Below, in pieces: positions 10,876 through 23,463 of a stretch of DNA of 64,000 nt. The position numbers and the translations under genes were made by a program. Below the pieces are notes generated by a model, which saw only the letters and a list, made by a program, of their open reading frames with translations, ran no database searches and had not been told where the DNA came from. Origin of the DNA: Ramazzottius varieornatus (Eukaryota > Animalia > Tardigrada). Numbering within the stretch: the first letter of the stretch is position 1; every line of letters begins with the position of its first letter. Where the stretch lies: positions 2,249,324 to 2,313,323 of the forward strand of contig BDGG01000001.1 of NCBI GenBank assembly GCA_001949185.1. Reading direction: 5' to 3'.

Positions 10876-12627
10876 CTTTGTTCCCTCTAAGGTTCTGCGC
10901 AGTACGTCATCACGTAAGTGAATTATACCCCGCGAAAAGTTTACGGTACATCAAACTGATTGTTTAATTGTCGCCCATCAGGTTTCCACTTATTGCTCAT
11001 TGTTTTCTGAATTTCTAACTGGAAGCACATTGCTGAGCTCCTTGCCGCAATGAGCTATAAAACTTATAGCACTTACTCTGTGGAGGAGGCCAAGCGTCAT
11101 GTTATTGCACTGGAAAGGTGGGAGGGAAGCATTCGGAGTTACGCCAAGGCTGTTTGAATATCTGAATCGACATTGCGCCTTTGGAAGTAAGAACTGATTC
11201 AACTTGTTTCGGATCCCTTAGTATTTCTCCAATAACTTTTGTCATTCTCAGGTTAGGAAAGCTTCCACAAAACAGCAGAAACTCCGCAAAGCTGATTATG
11301 CGCCCTGAACTCGATGCAGAGGTGTACAGCAAATACGAAGAGCGTCTCGCGCAGCTCAAGCCCACTCGAGATTTTGACCTGCAAAGAATGACTCTTGCCG
11401 CTGTTGTCAAGCTAGGAATCACCGGGTTTAGGGCTTCGAAAGAATGGGCGGAGAAGTTTAGAACGCGACGTGGAATAGTTTTGAGAGTCACAACGAAGAT
11501 TGGCCGAAAGTTCGCGCAAACGGACGAAGACAAGGTAAGATGTCTGCTTATTACGGTAGGTGATGTCATGTCATGAAATGTTTTTCGAAGCTGTGTTACT
11601 TGCTATTGCATTACGATTAGTGACGATAGGCGAAAAATGAACTGCCATTCGCTTTTCCTATCTGCAGATCCAGGAAGAATTCTTCCTACACAGGATCTTT
11701 GAAGCTGTCTCCCTAAATCAACCTCATCCTTACCACATCATGAACATGGACCAGACTTCTGTCAGACTGCAGAACTCGTATAAGAAGACGCTGTCTCCAA
11801 AAGGTGCGAAGGAAGTTCGAACTGTCCAGCCTCCAGGAGATTCCGAATGCCTCACGGTGTGCCTCACAGGTTGCGCCGACGGCTTAAATTCCCCGCTTGC
11901 ATTGTGTTCAAAGGCAACAAGAAGACCGGAAAGCTGTCGCCAAGAATCCTAAACAAGTTGGTCATGCCCGAGAAAGTGCGCATTTTCAGTACTCATCCGG
12001 GGTGGTGGAATTCGGCTTTTGATCAGTTCTGGATCAGCGAAACACTCGACGAAGGACACGATGGTGAACCCTGATCCGCGATCGTGCGCCAGCTCATGGG
12101 AGTTTTGACAGTCAGCTTCTACTGAAAATCTGGGTATTGAACAGGTGTTCATTCCTGCTGGACTTACTGGTACCTATCAACCTCTCGACGTAGGTGTTAA
12201 CTTTCCCTTTAAATCGTACCTGCGGCGATCTTACCATGTCTGGAGGGATGATCTCACCGCTGTTACCAAGAGTGGGTACTTGAAGAAGCCGAGCCGCCAA
12301 GACTGGGACAAAATCAAGGTTTCTACGGTTTCTATACCAAAAAAAAATTCTTTTGTTGGAGCTAATATTATGCAAGAGCCTTTGTACATGTTAGCTGGAC
12401 AGGAGGAGATTATGGATAATCGTGAGGATTTGGAGGCCTCTTTCGAGTGTAGTTTCAGCTCGGTGCAAGATTCATTCGCACAAGAATAAAGCGTAACTGC
12501 ATGGAAATTGATTGACGAGCCTTTGATTGACGAGCCTTTGATTGACGATCTAGTTGTTTTTCTATACCCGGCAGGTAATATTTACGGGCCTGTCACGTGA
12601 CTGCGCAGAACTTTAGAGGGAATACAG
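10876..12627 (+). mobile_element. pogo/Tigger-like (Tc1/mariner superfamily) DNA transposon with decayed CENP-B-type DDE transposase
   Basis: 28-bp TIRs (10876-10903 and 12600-12627, 25/28 match) with TA target duplication (10874-75, 12628-29). HTH segment GFRASKEWAEKFRTRRGI and DDE segments IMNMDQT, LTVCLTGCADG, GWWNS, FIPAGLTGTYQPLDVGVNFPFK. Internal stops and frameshifts. Confidence 0.92.
12510..12548 (+). repeat. Short 15-bp tandem repeat (gattgacgagccttt) in the subterminal part of the pogo element
   Basis: About 2.6 direct copies visible. Confidence 0.7.
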
Positions 12628-13335
12628 TACTTGTCTCGTTTAAACTTCTCAGACTTTAAATGGTGTAAAGAAAATATTAATACTTTGTTGCTGGTTTAAA
12701 ATTCAGATTTAACAATATTGTCATTGTTGTCTACACCTCCTGTCTCTTCCGGCATTCTCGCCAAACTTTCAAACTTTTGTCTCAAAACGATAAGCCTGGC
12801 TTCTCATTGACAAATAAAGGTAATTATTATTATTATGTGGAGCCCTGCAGCAGTAGCTGAAACCAGTACTGCTTCTGCACTGCATCCGGTTTCCAGAAAC
12901 TGCAACTGCACTGCATTTTAAGATTAAGAGTTTCTGCCCACCAACGGTACACTATTCCTACAGCAAAAGAGCGCCCTCTGAAGAATATGTTGCAGTAAAG
13001 CGTTGACATGTCACATTACTCAATACTCACATGCGCAACGCTGACATCAGCTGACTGTAGTCTGTAAACAAGATTCGAATTAATTCCGAAATTACATAAA
13101 CAGAAAATTCAGTTTCCCATTTCTGATCCTGTGTTCCAGTCTTCTTACGCGTAAGACTAACATCTGCTTGTACTCCAAACGCGGCCCCACCTGGAAGGAA
13201 GCGCCAGGCAGATCTTTGGATAGGAGGTTGAAGATCGGACACTCGTCCATCTGCAGCGGCGCATTCTACGCGGCTACACCTACGGGCAGCTAATCTCATC
13301 ACCGTTTTCTGCCTCTTCTCGTCCAGGAATCTACC

Positions 13336-14767
13336 ATGAAGAAAAAGGCACGCACTGTCTAACTTGAAAACATATTAACACGACATTTACGCTCTCTTTG
13401 TGCTGTAGGTTTTGTTGATGGGAAAGTCGGGTTCCGGAAAGGTAAGGCACACCTCAAGCTTCAGTCTAATTACGGTCCTCAACTGTTGTCCTTTGATAGA
13501 CGAGTATGCGGTCCATCATTTTCGCCAACTACATTGCACGGGATACGCGACGTCTAGGAGCAACCAGTGCGTACGATAGTGATTAGAGTAAACTTAGAAG
13601 TTGTTGCGATGATATGAAGCTGACCTTCGTTTCTCTGTGGTGTAGTCGATGTAGAACATTCACACGTCCGCTTCCTGGGAAATCTCGTGCTGAACTTGTG
13701 GGACTGCGGTGGCCAAGAAGCTTTCATGGAGAATTACTTTGCTAGCCAGCGAGAAAACATCTTTCGGAATGTCGAAGTATTGATCTACGTCTTCGATGTG
13801 GAAAGTCGCGAGTTAGAGAAAGATATGCATTATTACCAGTCTTGCCTTGAAGCTCTCATCCAGCATTCAGTGGACGCCAAAGTCTTCTGCTTGATCCACA
13901 AGATGGATTTGGTTCAGGAAGATCATCGTGATAAGGTAACGAAGCTATGACAATCATCACATCGTCCAAAAAGGAACGAAGAATGGAAATATTTAACCCA
14001 TAAGGCAAAAGCTTTTCTGAGTTGTATGCAGGTTTGCGATGGATTGCTTGCTCGTGCGCTTAGCGCCTGCTGCTGGACTGTGGTGCACCGAGACATGCGC
14101 CTGCATACATCAATTCTGTTTTTGGTTTTTGTAGGTTTTCAAAGAGAGGGAGGAAACTCTCAAACGTCTCAGCCGTCCGCTCGACTGTACCTGCTTTAAG
14201 ACCAGCATCTGGGACGAAACTCTGTACAAAGCATGGTCAAGTATTGTTTACCAACTCATACCCAACGTCAACATTCTGGAACGAAACCTGCTTCACTTCG
14301 CCGAGATAATCGAAGCCGACGAGGTTCTCCTATTCGAACGCGCCACATTTCTAGTCATTTCCCACTGCCAACGCAAACCCCACCGTGACGTCCACAGATT
14401 CGAGAAAGTCAGTAACATCATCAAGCAGTTCAAGCTCAGCTGCACAAAGCTGGCAGCGCAGTTTCAGAGCATGGAGGTCCGCAACTCCAACTTTGCTGCT
14501 TACATGGACGTCTTCACACCCAATACTTACGTCATGGTTGTCTGTTCCGATTCAACTATCCGTAAGTCCTTCGTCAGTTTCCTGTTTAGCCACGTCACAT
14601 CCTATCCGGCTATCCCATATATCTTCCAGCCCTGATTGAGTTGATTTATTTTTCCTGCAGCTTCCGCCGCAATGCTAATAAACATTCGTAATGCCAGGAA
14701 GCATTTCGAGAAGCTGGAGCATCTCGATCAAGCTCGAGCAATTTCAGCGATTACTTCCAATCGTTGA
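13336..14767 (+). CDS. RRAGA: Ras-related GTP-binding protein A/B (RagA)
   Basis: Six exons (13336-13347, 13409-13441, 13500-13567, 13646-13935, 14135-14561, 14661-14767) give MKKK|[11 protein letters not shown]|[22 protein letters not shown]|[24 protein letters not shown]...IHKMDL...[13 protein letters not shown]...[13 protein letters not shown]. Confidence 0.97.
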
Positions 14768-15179
14768 GAAGGTCCTACATGTGTTCCTTATTGCGAGGGT
14801 TCATTCCTGAGAACGACTCTTTTTTCAGGACGTCGGTCGAGTGAAGTCATTATTTTACGAAAATGGTGTTTTCTGCTCTTTCGATTATCTACGGGATAGA
14901 TTCATTTCGGAAATCACGCTTCTCCAGTCTTGTAATTTATTCTGCCCATTTCTACTTTTTATCTTTTTTTATCACAATTTGTTTCCGTGCTTTGGAGGCT
15001 TCATCTAGTTAACAAACATATAACCACAATATCCGAGTAACAAACACCCATGAGCTGGTTTCATACCCGGGTAAGAGAAACAAGTCCGTCAGCGACAGTC
15101 AAGTCTGAGTTGGAAATAATAAAAAACACGAGATAAAAACAAGCAACTCCTTTGCGTCTCTGCCTCCTTTTAGTCAACG

Positions 15180-18100
15180 TTACTTCTTCTTGAGAATCGC
15201 GCTCAGCTGCAGCTTCTCCAGCTCCTTGTTTATGGAATCCAACCTGCTAATCTTTTCCAGTTGGTTCTTCTCCAGGACTTTGCCAGCAACCTGTTCTTTC
15301 TTCAAGGAGTTGATTTCTTGGATTTTCTGTCACAAAAACCGAAATGAGCGAATTAAGCAGAAGGCTGGTTCTTAAGCCAATTCACTTACTTTGTTGAGTT
15401 TGAGGATCTTCTTATCCTTTTCAGGATCGCCAGTCGACACGGTATGCTGGTTTTCATCCTCAGAGGTGAGTTCCGGTGAATGTGCTCTCTCCACCGGTTT
15501 GGGCTTCTTCTGGAGCTTCTCCGCGCTCTTGGATGGTTGTGGAGAAGGCGTAGCAGCGGGAGAGCTTGACTGTCCATTCTGGCCGTTCTGTCCCACGCTC
15601 CTCATGGAGGTACTTCTTGGAGTGTTACCTTGGGCTTGGTTAGAGCCGGTCCTTGGTCGATAAGGCTGATTGGCGTTGGAGCCAGTCCTCGGACGGTATA
15701 CTTGGTTGGTGTTGGAGCCTGTACGAGGTCGGTAAGCTTGATCCGCATTTGAGCCTGTTCGTGGTCGATACGCGTCTGCGTTCGAGCCGGTGCGAGGTCG
15801 CGAGGAAGAGTCTCCTGACTGACCAGCACCTCCATCTGCCTCTCCCTGCAAAATCAAAAGACATCTCATTGAGTAACGTCAAACCAGTTACTCTGACGAG
15901 AACAAACGAATATCAGCGATAAAATTTATCTGTAAGGACTTCCCAAACCAACAAACGAAGCACACGCATCTTCGAGGAACCTACATACACCACGCCAGGT
16001 ATTCAACCTAGCCCGTGTATATATAGACCAGTGACGTCTAGCATACGTCAGTTATTCAGAAACTTGCGTTCACTAGGCATGGTACTGGAAACGGCTCACG
16101 TGTATGCAGGTGAATGACAAGATAGTACATCTTGCTTTACCAAAGCGGCAAAGCCCATTTCTTACCTTTCCAGCTTCGCTCTTTGGCTTCTTCTTCTTCT
16201 TGGCTTTGCTCTTTGCATCTTCATCCACAGGCGCGTACCCAAAGGTCCCGGTCGACCTGGGTACAGACGAGGGCTCGTTATACAAGGCAGAAGCACCCTG
16301 GGCGGAAGCAGGGGCGTATCCTACAGGTCCACCAGGCCGGTTCCTCATCGACGGAGGCACGTAGGCAGCAGCTTTCTTCGGTTCGTTTACCACATAGTTG
16401 CTACCCAGTTCCTTCGAAGGATCCGGTGCTTTGTACGTACCAGGGGGAGCAGGACGCCAGCAGACTTGAAAGAGCTCGCCGCTATAGGACTGCTCTTGGA
16501 GAAGCTTACCCGTATAGTGCCACAGCGTATGCTTATTGCCCACCTGCAAAAGTTCCGAGATGAAGACCTCGCTCTCTTGAAAGTAAGGCCGCATTCGATC
16601 AAAGTTACCTTCAGTCTTGGTGACGTGGTGCCCATCAAGATGATGGCGCCATCCGGCGACCATTCGATGTGCGTCATGTACTCCGAGTCCCGACCACAGA
16701 CCTTCTTTATGGCCACCATATCCCAGATTTCAAACACCCCTCGAATGTTCCCATGACCATACAGGATCATCAGGTTACCGAAAGGGTTGTACTGTAACCC
16801 GTTCCGGTACTGACTGTCGAACGTATGGACCAGGTCGCCCTTCTTGCTGAAGATGCACGTCTTGCCCGGCATGAAACCATAGATCACAACGAACGTATCA
16901 CCTGAAAAAGCCGTTTCACGTCTGTCAACATATTCCCCAGTTTTTTCCGTCGCACATTTCAGAATGTCTTAAGAAAGATTGTAGCCTCAATCCTGTATTA
17001 TAATTTCCGATTTATTAATACTGTAATCGGGAGCTCAACAAACAACCTCGACCAGATTGCTTTCCGAAGCGGCGCATGCTTTTAGTCTCATTAGCTGAAG
17101 CGCGCGCCACTCGAAAGAACAATCTTGTTCGATTTATCTGTCCAGTTCCCACCTTTATCATTACACTTCCTTCGAGTTTCGATACTTTTCATACCTTTGG
17201 GGCTCCACTCACAGGCGTGGACGGGACCTTCCTTGTCCAACCCGATGATTAGCGAGTCAGAGGACGTGTTCATCAGGAACAGCTGCGAGGAGCCGTAGTA
17301 CGAGCGCTCGTCCATATCTTGCGAGGCTAAGAAAAGCACGTGAGTTCCCTGCGCGTTCCATTTGAAGATGACCTGGTCCTCCTTCACCACGCTTCGTGCG
17401 GCCAAGGCATCAGCTGGGTCGTCCATCTTTGGAAACTTGTACAGCCGGACGAAGCCAGGTGTACTCTTGTTCGGGTTGAAGACGATCAGATGGTACGGCT
17501 GCGACGCGGGAGAGATGGACAGTTCCCCTATCCTGGCCTTCGGTGAAATCTGCGGCTTGCCTAGTCAACGAAAAATTCGTTAGAACTATCACTCACAGTA
17601 AACTCTTTCCCCTTTCACCATAACAGAATGAGGCGCAGCTTACTGAAATTGCTGTGATCGAATAAGTAACTCTGATCTTTGCCCATCAAGAAGAGTAGAT
17701 GTTCATCATGCGACCATCGAACTTTCCTACAAAGCCAAAATTATGTTAAACGTTGTTGGTGCGCCATGTCGAAAAACTATCAGTCTAAAATGTTACCAAG
17801 TTGTTTCCGACTGGGAGTAAACAGCTTTGACCGTCCGGTTCTTCAGATCGTACACGGTGCAGCTGTTATCCTCCTTCTTGGCGGGTGCGTCCCACAAGAC
17901 CAGGTAACCTTCTTGGGGAGAGAACGCCGCGTCTCGAACCAAGACAGTCCCCGTACCCAAATCCAGAGTTTCCTTGTTGACCAAATCTGCCAGCTGAACA
18001 CTACACATAACACGGAATACGTTCATGAGGTTAAATACATCAATAAAACAACTTGTGAGTTGTGAGGGGGTATTATGATAAGTATTTGATCAAGCTTACC

Positions 18101-18635
18101 CTGTTGGTGTGTGATACACCAAATAATTGCCTTGCGGACTGAAGACCATGAATCGACTGTCCATCTTCAACCTGCAACACGCATTAGTTTTAAACATGGT
18201 CCCTACTTCAGGGGGAATCCTGAGGAACCTACGAGGCAAAGAAATCCACAGGTTGGTTGGATGGTGGTCCATGGATGAGCTGGATCCCCTGCGTACCTCG
18301 CACTAACAAAACAATACAATGTCATGTAGTAAGTCATTCAACAGCCAGACCTTGATTGACAACTGCGCAATAAACACGAATTATTATCAACGAATCAAGC
18401 GAAGCCAGTACACCGGAGAACAAAACGAAAACAGTAGCTTCTTCTCAGATCGTCAACAGGAAAATTAACGCCTTCGGACAGCTAAATCGACCACGGTTCT
18501 CAAAGAGAGCAACAGGAATGCGAACAGCAGTTTCACGAGATGACGACCACCAAGCCACTTGCACTTACATGCTAGCATCAGTCCGGATGAGGTGGCACTG
18601 TCGGTCGTTTGTCCATCTATCTTCGTGGCGGCCAT
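15180..18635 (-). CDS. EIF2A: Eukaryotic translation initiation factor 2A
   Basis: Multi-exon. MAATK...LMLA|LRGTQGIQLIHGPP, SYYGSSQLF, KEGPVHACEWSP, IYGFMPGK, YNPFGNL..LYGHGNIRGVFEIWD, WSPDG..GTTSPRLK, WHYTG, AYVPPSMR and C-terminal KKIQEINSLKK..GKVLEKNQLEKI. Confidence 0.95.
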
Positions 18636-19269
18636 CGTGACGAATCAGCTTTGCAATGCGACGAAACGAAAACAGGAATGTGTCAGATAAGGCTTGTTCG
18701 TCTGGAGGAAACTCTGAATGGAACTTGAGAACTTGTCGAGATTGACGAGCTGCTCTTCTGCTGGAATGAAGGTTCTGCCTGTGCCAGACTGCCAGCTGAC
18801 AGCTTGCTCTTTGAAGTGCGACAAGGACAAGTGACGTAGCGAGGCTGTACGGTACGAAGTATCTTCGACTCCGGTTCCGTCCGGAAAGCGAAGCGGAATG
18901 GCCACCTGCTCCCCGCTTGATGGAACTTTTATCAAAACGCTAAAACGTTTCCACTTCCGGTCGTTCCACAACCGCACTCGAGTTACTTCGGAGTTTGGAG
19001 CTGGCAATTATAAGCGCCGCAGTTTCTCGTGCTCCCGGGTCTGAGCATTCCTTTGGGACCTTTAAGCTAGCGACGACGCTGTCTTGTTCTTGTTCGTGGA
19101 CGGATATCCAACCCGGTTCCGGATTTTTAGGGATCTCGGTAAGTTTCTTAATATTGATAGCTGATGTTGGGACATCATCTTCGGCAAATCTTCTGCCCAT
19201 GATTATTGGTAGTCATACGTAGGCAGACGCCACTGACGATGTACCAAAGGCCTTCTTTTGCAGAGAAAG

Positions 19270-22200
19270 ATGGTGTCCGTCACGCGAGAAAACATTGCCA
19301 ACCTGTTCTCGGAGATCGAGGCGAACATCACCAAGTCAGCCTTTGTCTGTACGCCGCTTTAGTGCACCGAACGAACTACTGTGGCTTTACTTGATAGCTC
19401 TATTTCTGAATTTCGTCTAGGCATCGATACAGAGTTCTCCGGCCTGACTTTGGGTGGGTCGGACGTTAGAGAATCTCGATTTGATACCGCCAGCGATCGC
19501 TACGCCCGGTACAGAAAAAATATCATCGATGCGTCGTTGCTCCAACTCGGTACACATGAACTTGCGCTTGAATTCTATTTACCACAACACATGCCTTCAG
19601 CTGAATTGTAAACGGCACCCCTTCTACCTAGGTATCGCTTGCTTCATGAATGGGCCGCATGGGCCGATTGATGATGGCGGTGGCGACGCAGACCACGACC
19701 ATCTGGATGACGATGAACCGTGAGTAAATAGTACGCACTTCCTCGTCTGAAGCAACAGTGCTGACCGTGCTTTTCCTTGCAGCTCATACCGCGTTGTCTG
19801 CTACAACATACTTCTAGCACCGGCTGACCTTGGTTTGGTGGCGTTCCGTCCAAGGGTTTTGATGGCGGAATGGCCTGCGATGAGGTTCTTGTCGTCGCAT
19901 GGATTCGACCTGAACCAGGTTTGCTCTTGCTAAATCAATCCCACCATCTAGCACACGTGTACTTGATGTTTCACTGAGCTGAGCCTGTAGGTGGTAAAAA
20001 ACGGAGTATCATGTCTACGAATAGCTGACGTCCAGCGATTAGCCAAGTTCCTGAGTCCAGGTCTTTGTTCACTGAAAGAAACCGAATTGTAAGGCAGTCT
20101 ATTTGGTGATGTCAGTATCATATACTAGTATATGGTTTGTATGGTTCGTTATAGTGATTCGGATGCCATAAGAACAGCTGATCGTGAACTCCAGGAAATA
20201 AGGGACATTGTGGAGAAGAGCGACCAGACTCATGATCAGTGGGACTTCGACAGTCTCAAAAGTAACGAGTGTCCGAAACTGCATTCAATGAACCGTGGCA
20301 AGCTAAAAGCATCTTTTTGGCAGGTGCGCCTTTGGCTTTGCACTGGATGGTTCGTGAAGAGTTCCCTTATATGTGGACCCGCCCTAACGCCTGGAATTCT
20401 GTAGGTAAAGACTATAAAAAGCTTCTTCGTTCCGCAATTAGCTGTCTTGTGAGATTATGTGCCTCGCTTTTTAGCTACAAGCAGAATACGTTCACGGTGA
20501 ACGCATCAAGCTGGAAAAGTCAGATCGTACTCTTGAAACGTGGTAGGACCACTTTTGTGCTTCGCATACTGTGGATCATGCTTCCGTAAATAAAAAAAGC
20601 CTCCATCAGACCACTTTCCTGCCCTGTAGGACAGTGAAGGAAGCTGCGTACGCTGGTCGTATCTTCACCACCCTGGTGGAACAGCGAAAGGTAAGTGGTA
20701 TGTTGCGCTGTACAAAGGCCAGAAGTTTGCTGTTTCTGTGTTTCTTACGGAAAACCACTCGACTATGTTTGTAAAGGTTATCGTGGGATACCAAATCATC
20801 CAGGACATTCTTTTCCTCATCGACGCGTTTTACAGCCCACTGCCCGAAGACTATAAGGACGTGAAACTACTCCTTCAAGATCTCTTCCCGAATTTATACG
20901 ACGCAAAAGTTATCACTCAAGCTCTTTCACGCAACGAGGTACCGTCATCCCCTTCCGTGATACCTTTTGTAAGTGTGTAATAGCATGAAGATTTTTCAGG
21001 CTATCAATTTCGTATACCATTTCGATGCTCCTGGTCTGCAAGAAACCTTCAAGAACCTAACTAGCGAAGAGTACGTAAGTCTTGCTTTTGAACATGAAGA
21101 AATCTGCGAAAAGTAAAAATTCTTTGCTGAAGGCAAGCTGGAATGTTCAAATATGCACCGCAACTTCAACATGATATCCGTCACACGTTTTACGGTAAGC
21201 GGGAAATTTAAATCACACCGTTGTAACTTAGCTTCTCTCTGTTCAAAGTCTGCACTGATTTTGGAATTCTTATAGGCTGGGAAGATCACTCACACGAAGC
21301 TGCTTACGATGCTTTCATGACGGGAACTGGTAAGATTCTCTCAAATTCCGCTTTAATAATAGAGAATTGAATATAGCTGAATATTCGGAATATTCCGAGC
21401 TCACGGCGTTTCTTGTTTTTTCAGTGTTCATCGACTGTATCTTCGCCATCAACGCTGACATTACTGCCACGGAGAAGCTCAAGCTTGTCCAAAAGCCAGT
21501 GGAAAACCCGGAGAAGCGAGCTCCATTCCAGAAAGATGGCTCTCAGACCTGCCACGCCCTTCCGCCTGCAGTCCTCCGACAGTTACCGTCCGATGTCAAA
21601 GCGGTGACACCGTATCGAGGCATCCTCATGCTTCACATGGCTGCGGACAAACACATCGTAAGAAGATTAAAGGGCAAGATTCATGATGTTCGTTGGTTAA
21701 CGCGCGTTTTCCGTAGAACACTCTGGGCGACGACTCTCAGGCAGAACGAAGCAAGTCGTGCGTCCTTCTGTCGACTGCACCGAACACGCCCATTCTGGCC
21801 AGCAACGAAGTAAGCTTGGATCACGGCACATATTTTTTGAGGATTGCGAATACCTCTAGAAGTGAAGTTTACGTGTCATCAACAGGCATTGATGGCGTAC
21901 CTGGAGAGCTGTGTCCATGAAGTCCGTAGACTGTCGGATCGAGAGGTTATGGTAGCGTGCGCCGGTCTAGACAGGTAAGTTGCCCGCTCTTTGACCAACG
22001 TTTTGGAGGTATGATAACGAGTTCTGTTTCTGAGCTACCATGTGTTTCCAGAGCGCGAGGATTTGCCGATCATTGCCGCAGGACGTTCAAAGTGGATGCC
22101 GTTATTGTGAACTCCCAAGACCATCGTCACAAGTCATCGCAAAAGACGGGCAAGCCGGATGCGAAGTTACCGGTCGTCATATGCGGGTAGGTCATCATCG

Positions 22201-22333
22201 TAAGACATCCGAGTTACCATATGACCATATCAAATATCAATAGCAAGATGGACGGAAGTGTCTTTTCGATTTCAGGGCTGTGTTTACTGCAGTATTAGGC
22301 TACGTTTGTCAGAAGATTGCTCTGAACCGGTAA
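19270..22333 (+). CDS. PNLDC1: PARN-family DEDDh exonuclease with C-terminal tail anchor, PNLDC1/Trimmer-like
   Basis: MVSVTRENIANLF...AFV|CIDTEFSGL...RFDTASDRY, KVIVGYQIIQDILF..FYSPLP..LFPNLYDAK, HEAAYDAFMTG. The spliced C-terminus KLPVVICGAVFTAVLGYVCQKIALNR* is hydrophobic. Internal exon boundaries are partly approximate. Confidence 0.8.
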
Positions 22334-22540
22334 TCAGCCGGAGTGCTGTGCTGATCCAGGTGTTCAGTTTCTCAAGAAATTACCAAAGGCAGTGCAATGG
22401 CTCTTACCAAGCTTTTACTACCACCTTTTGCTCTTTATTGTCTTATCGCGCATACATGGTTGTGGTCTTCCGACATTGTCACGTTTTCGGGATGACCTTA
22501 TGAAGAAATTTTGTACCGTGAAACACAATATGGTTCATTT

Positions 22541-23085
22541 CTACGAACAAAAAAATGTCGAACATGCCGTGCAGTCCGCGTAAAGGAGACATCGGTACTG
22601 GTGATAGCCAAAACCGTAGTTGGCTTGGCGTTCTCGACGGTAACGCTCTAGCCTGCACTGGTGAAGCCTCTCACACAACTCCATGTTACGGTCGAGCATC
22701 CAGCGACACTTTGCCATGAAGTCTCTGTGAAACACGTATTCCTTTACCATGAATTCGTTCCAGTTCTTGTAGAAGTTCAGGGATTGCGGAGCGTACTTTG
22801 AGGACCCCGATGGTCCTCTGTTTGTCACGACCTTCACATACTGCTTTCAAAAGGTCGAACCGGCAAACGGGCAAAGGCTGATGGATCGTTGAATCTGGTT
22901 AGGCGAGAACAAAGTCTCGTTGGCGAGAGATGCAAAATATACAATCCCAGCTTGCTCGCTTGTACTAACCCAAAGCAGCTGATGAGACATTTACGCCGAC
23001 TAGTGGTCACTTCTTTGTCCAAGTTGGTTAGACCAGCGACCACCAGAACGAGAGGACCTCTGGTCAGCGGTTCATGAAAGCTCAT
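22541..23085 (-). CDS. Possible small uncharacterised protein
   Basis: ORF 22541-22837 has a protein-like stretch (YAPQSLNFYKNWNEFMVKEYVFHRDFMAKCRWMLDRN). A possible upstream exon starts at 23085. The splice structure is unresolved. Confidence 0.3.
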
Positions 23086-23463
23086 ATACAGTGTACCTCA
23101 TAAGACCCTAGACTTCCGCCTTAGTTCCTGCTTCTCGACTATGTGGAGGAACTATCTGAAGAAAGATTACCAGATAAAGATCCTCCATACCAGCAGATAC
23201 CGTGAAAACATCGAGAACTCTAACCACTACACCACCGCTCCAGTCTACATTACCAATTTCTTGCTCGAGACGATGAAGTGGTCCTTTTGCAGGGAAAACC
23301 GATCGCAAAAGGATACATCTGAAACATCGATGAAATACATCTGAAAAATGGATGTCGAGTAGAAGAAATAACTGAATTTCGTCAAGTAAAGCAACGTGAA
23401 CTTCGATCAACTCAAAGAGATTCAAAAACGCCTAAGCGTAACTGCGGTTGCATAAAAGGAATT

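Larger units (their letters stand above)
9104..12836 (+). mobile_element. 5'-truncated, decayed non-LTR retrotransposon (LINE, CR1/L2/Jockey-like RT), interrupted by a DNA transposon
   Basis: RT motifs FRPISLLPPLSKLFEK, QFGFRKQRST, VFLDCKKAFD, SGIPQGSILGPLLF, QYADD. Stops at 9638 and 10066 and a frameshift near 9885. After removing 10876-12629 the frame reads GFKAY|LSRLNFSDFK. It ends with AATAAA (12813) and an (ATT)n tail (12823-12836). The 5' boundary is approximate. Confidence 0.9.
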
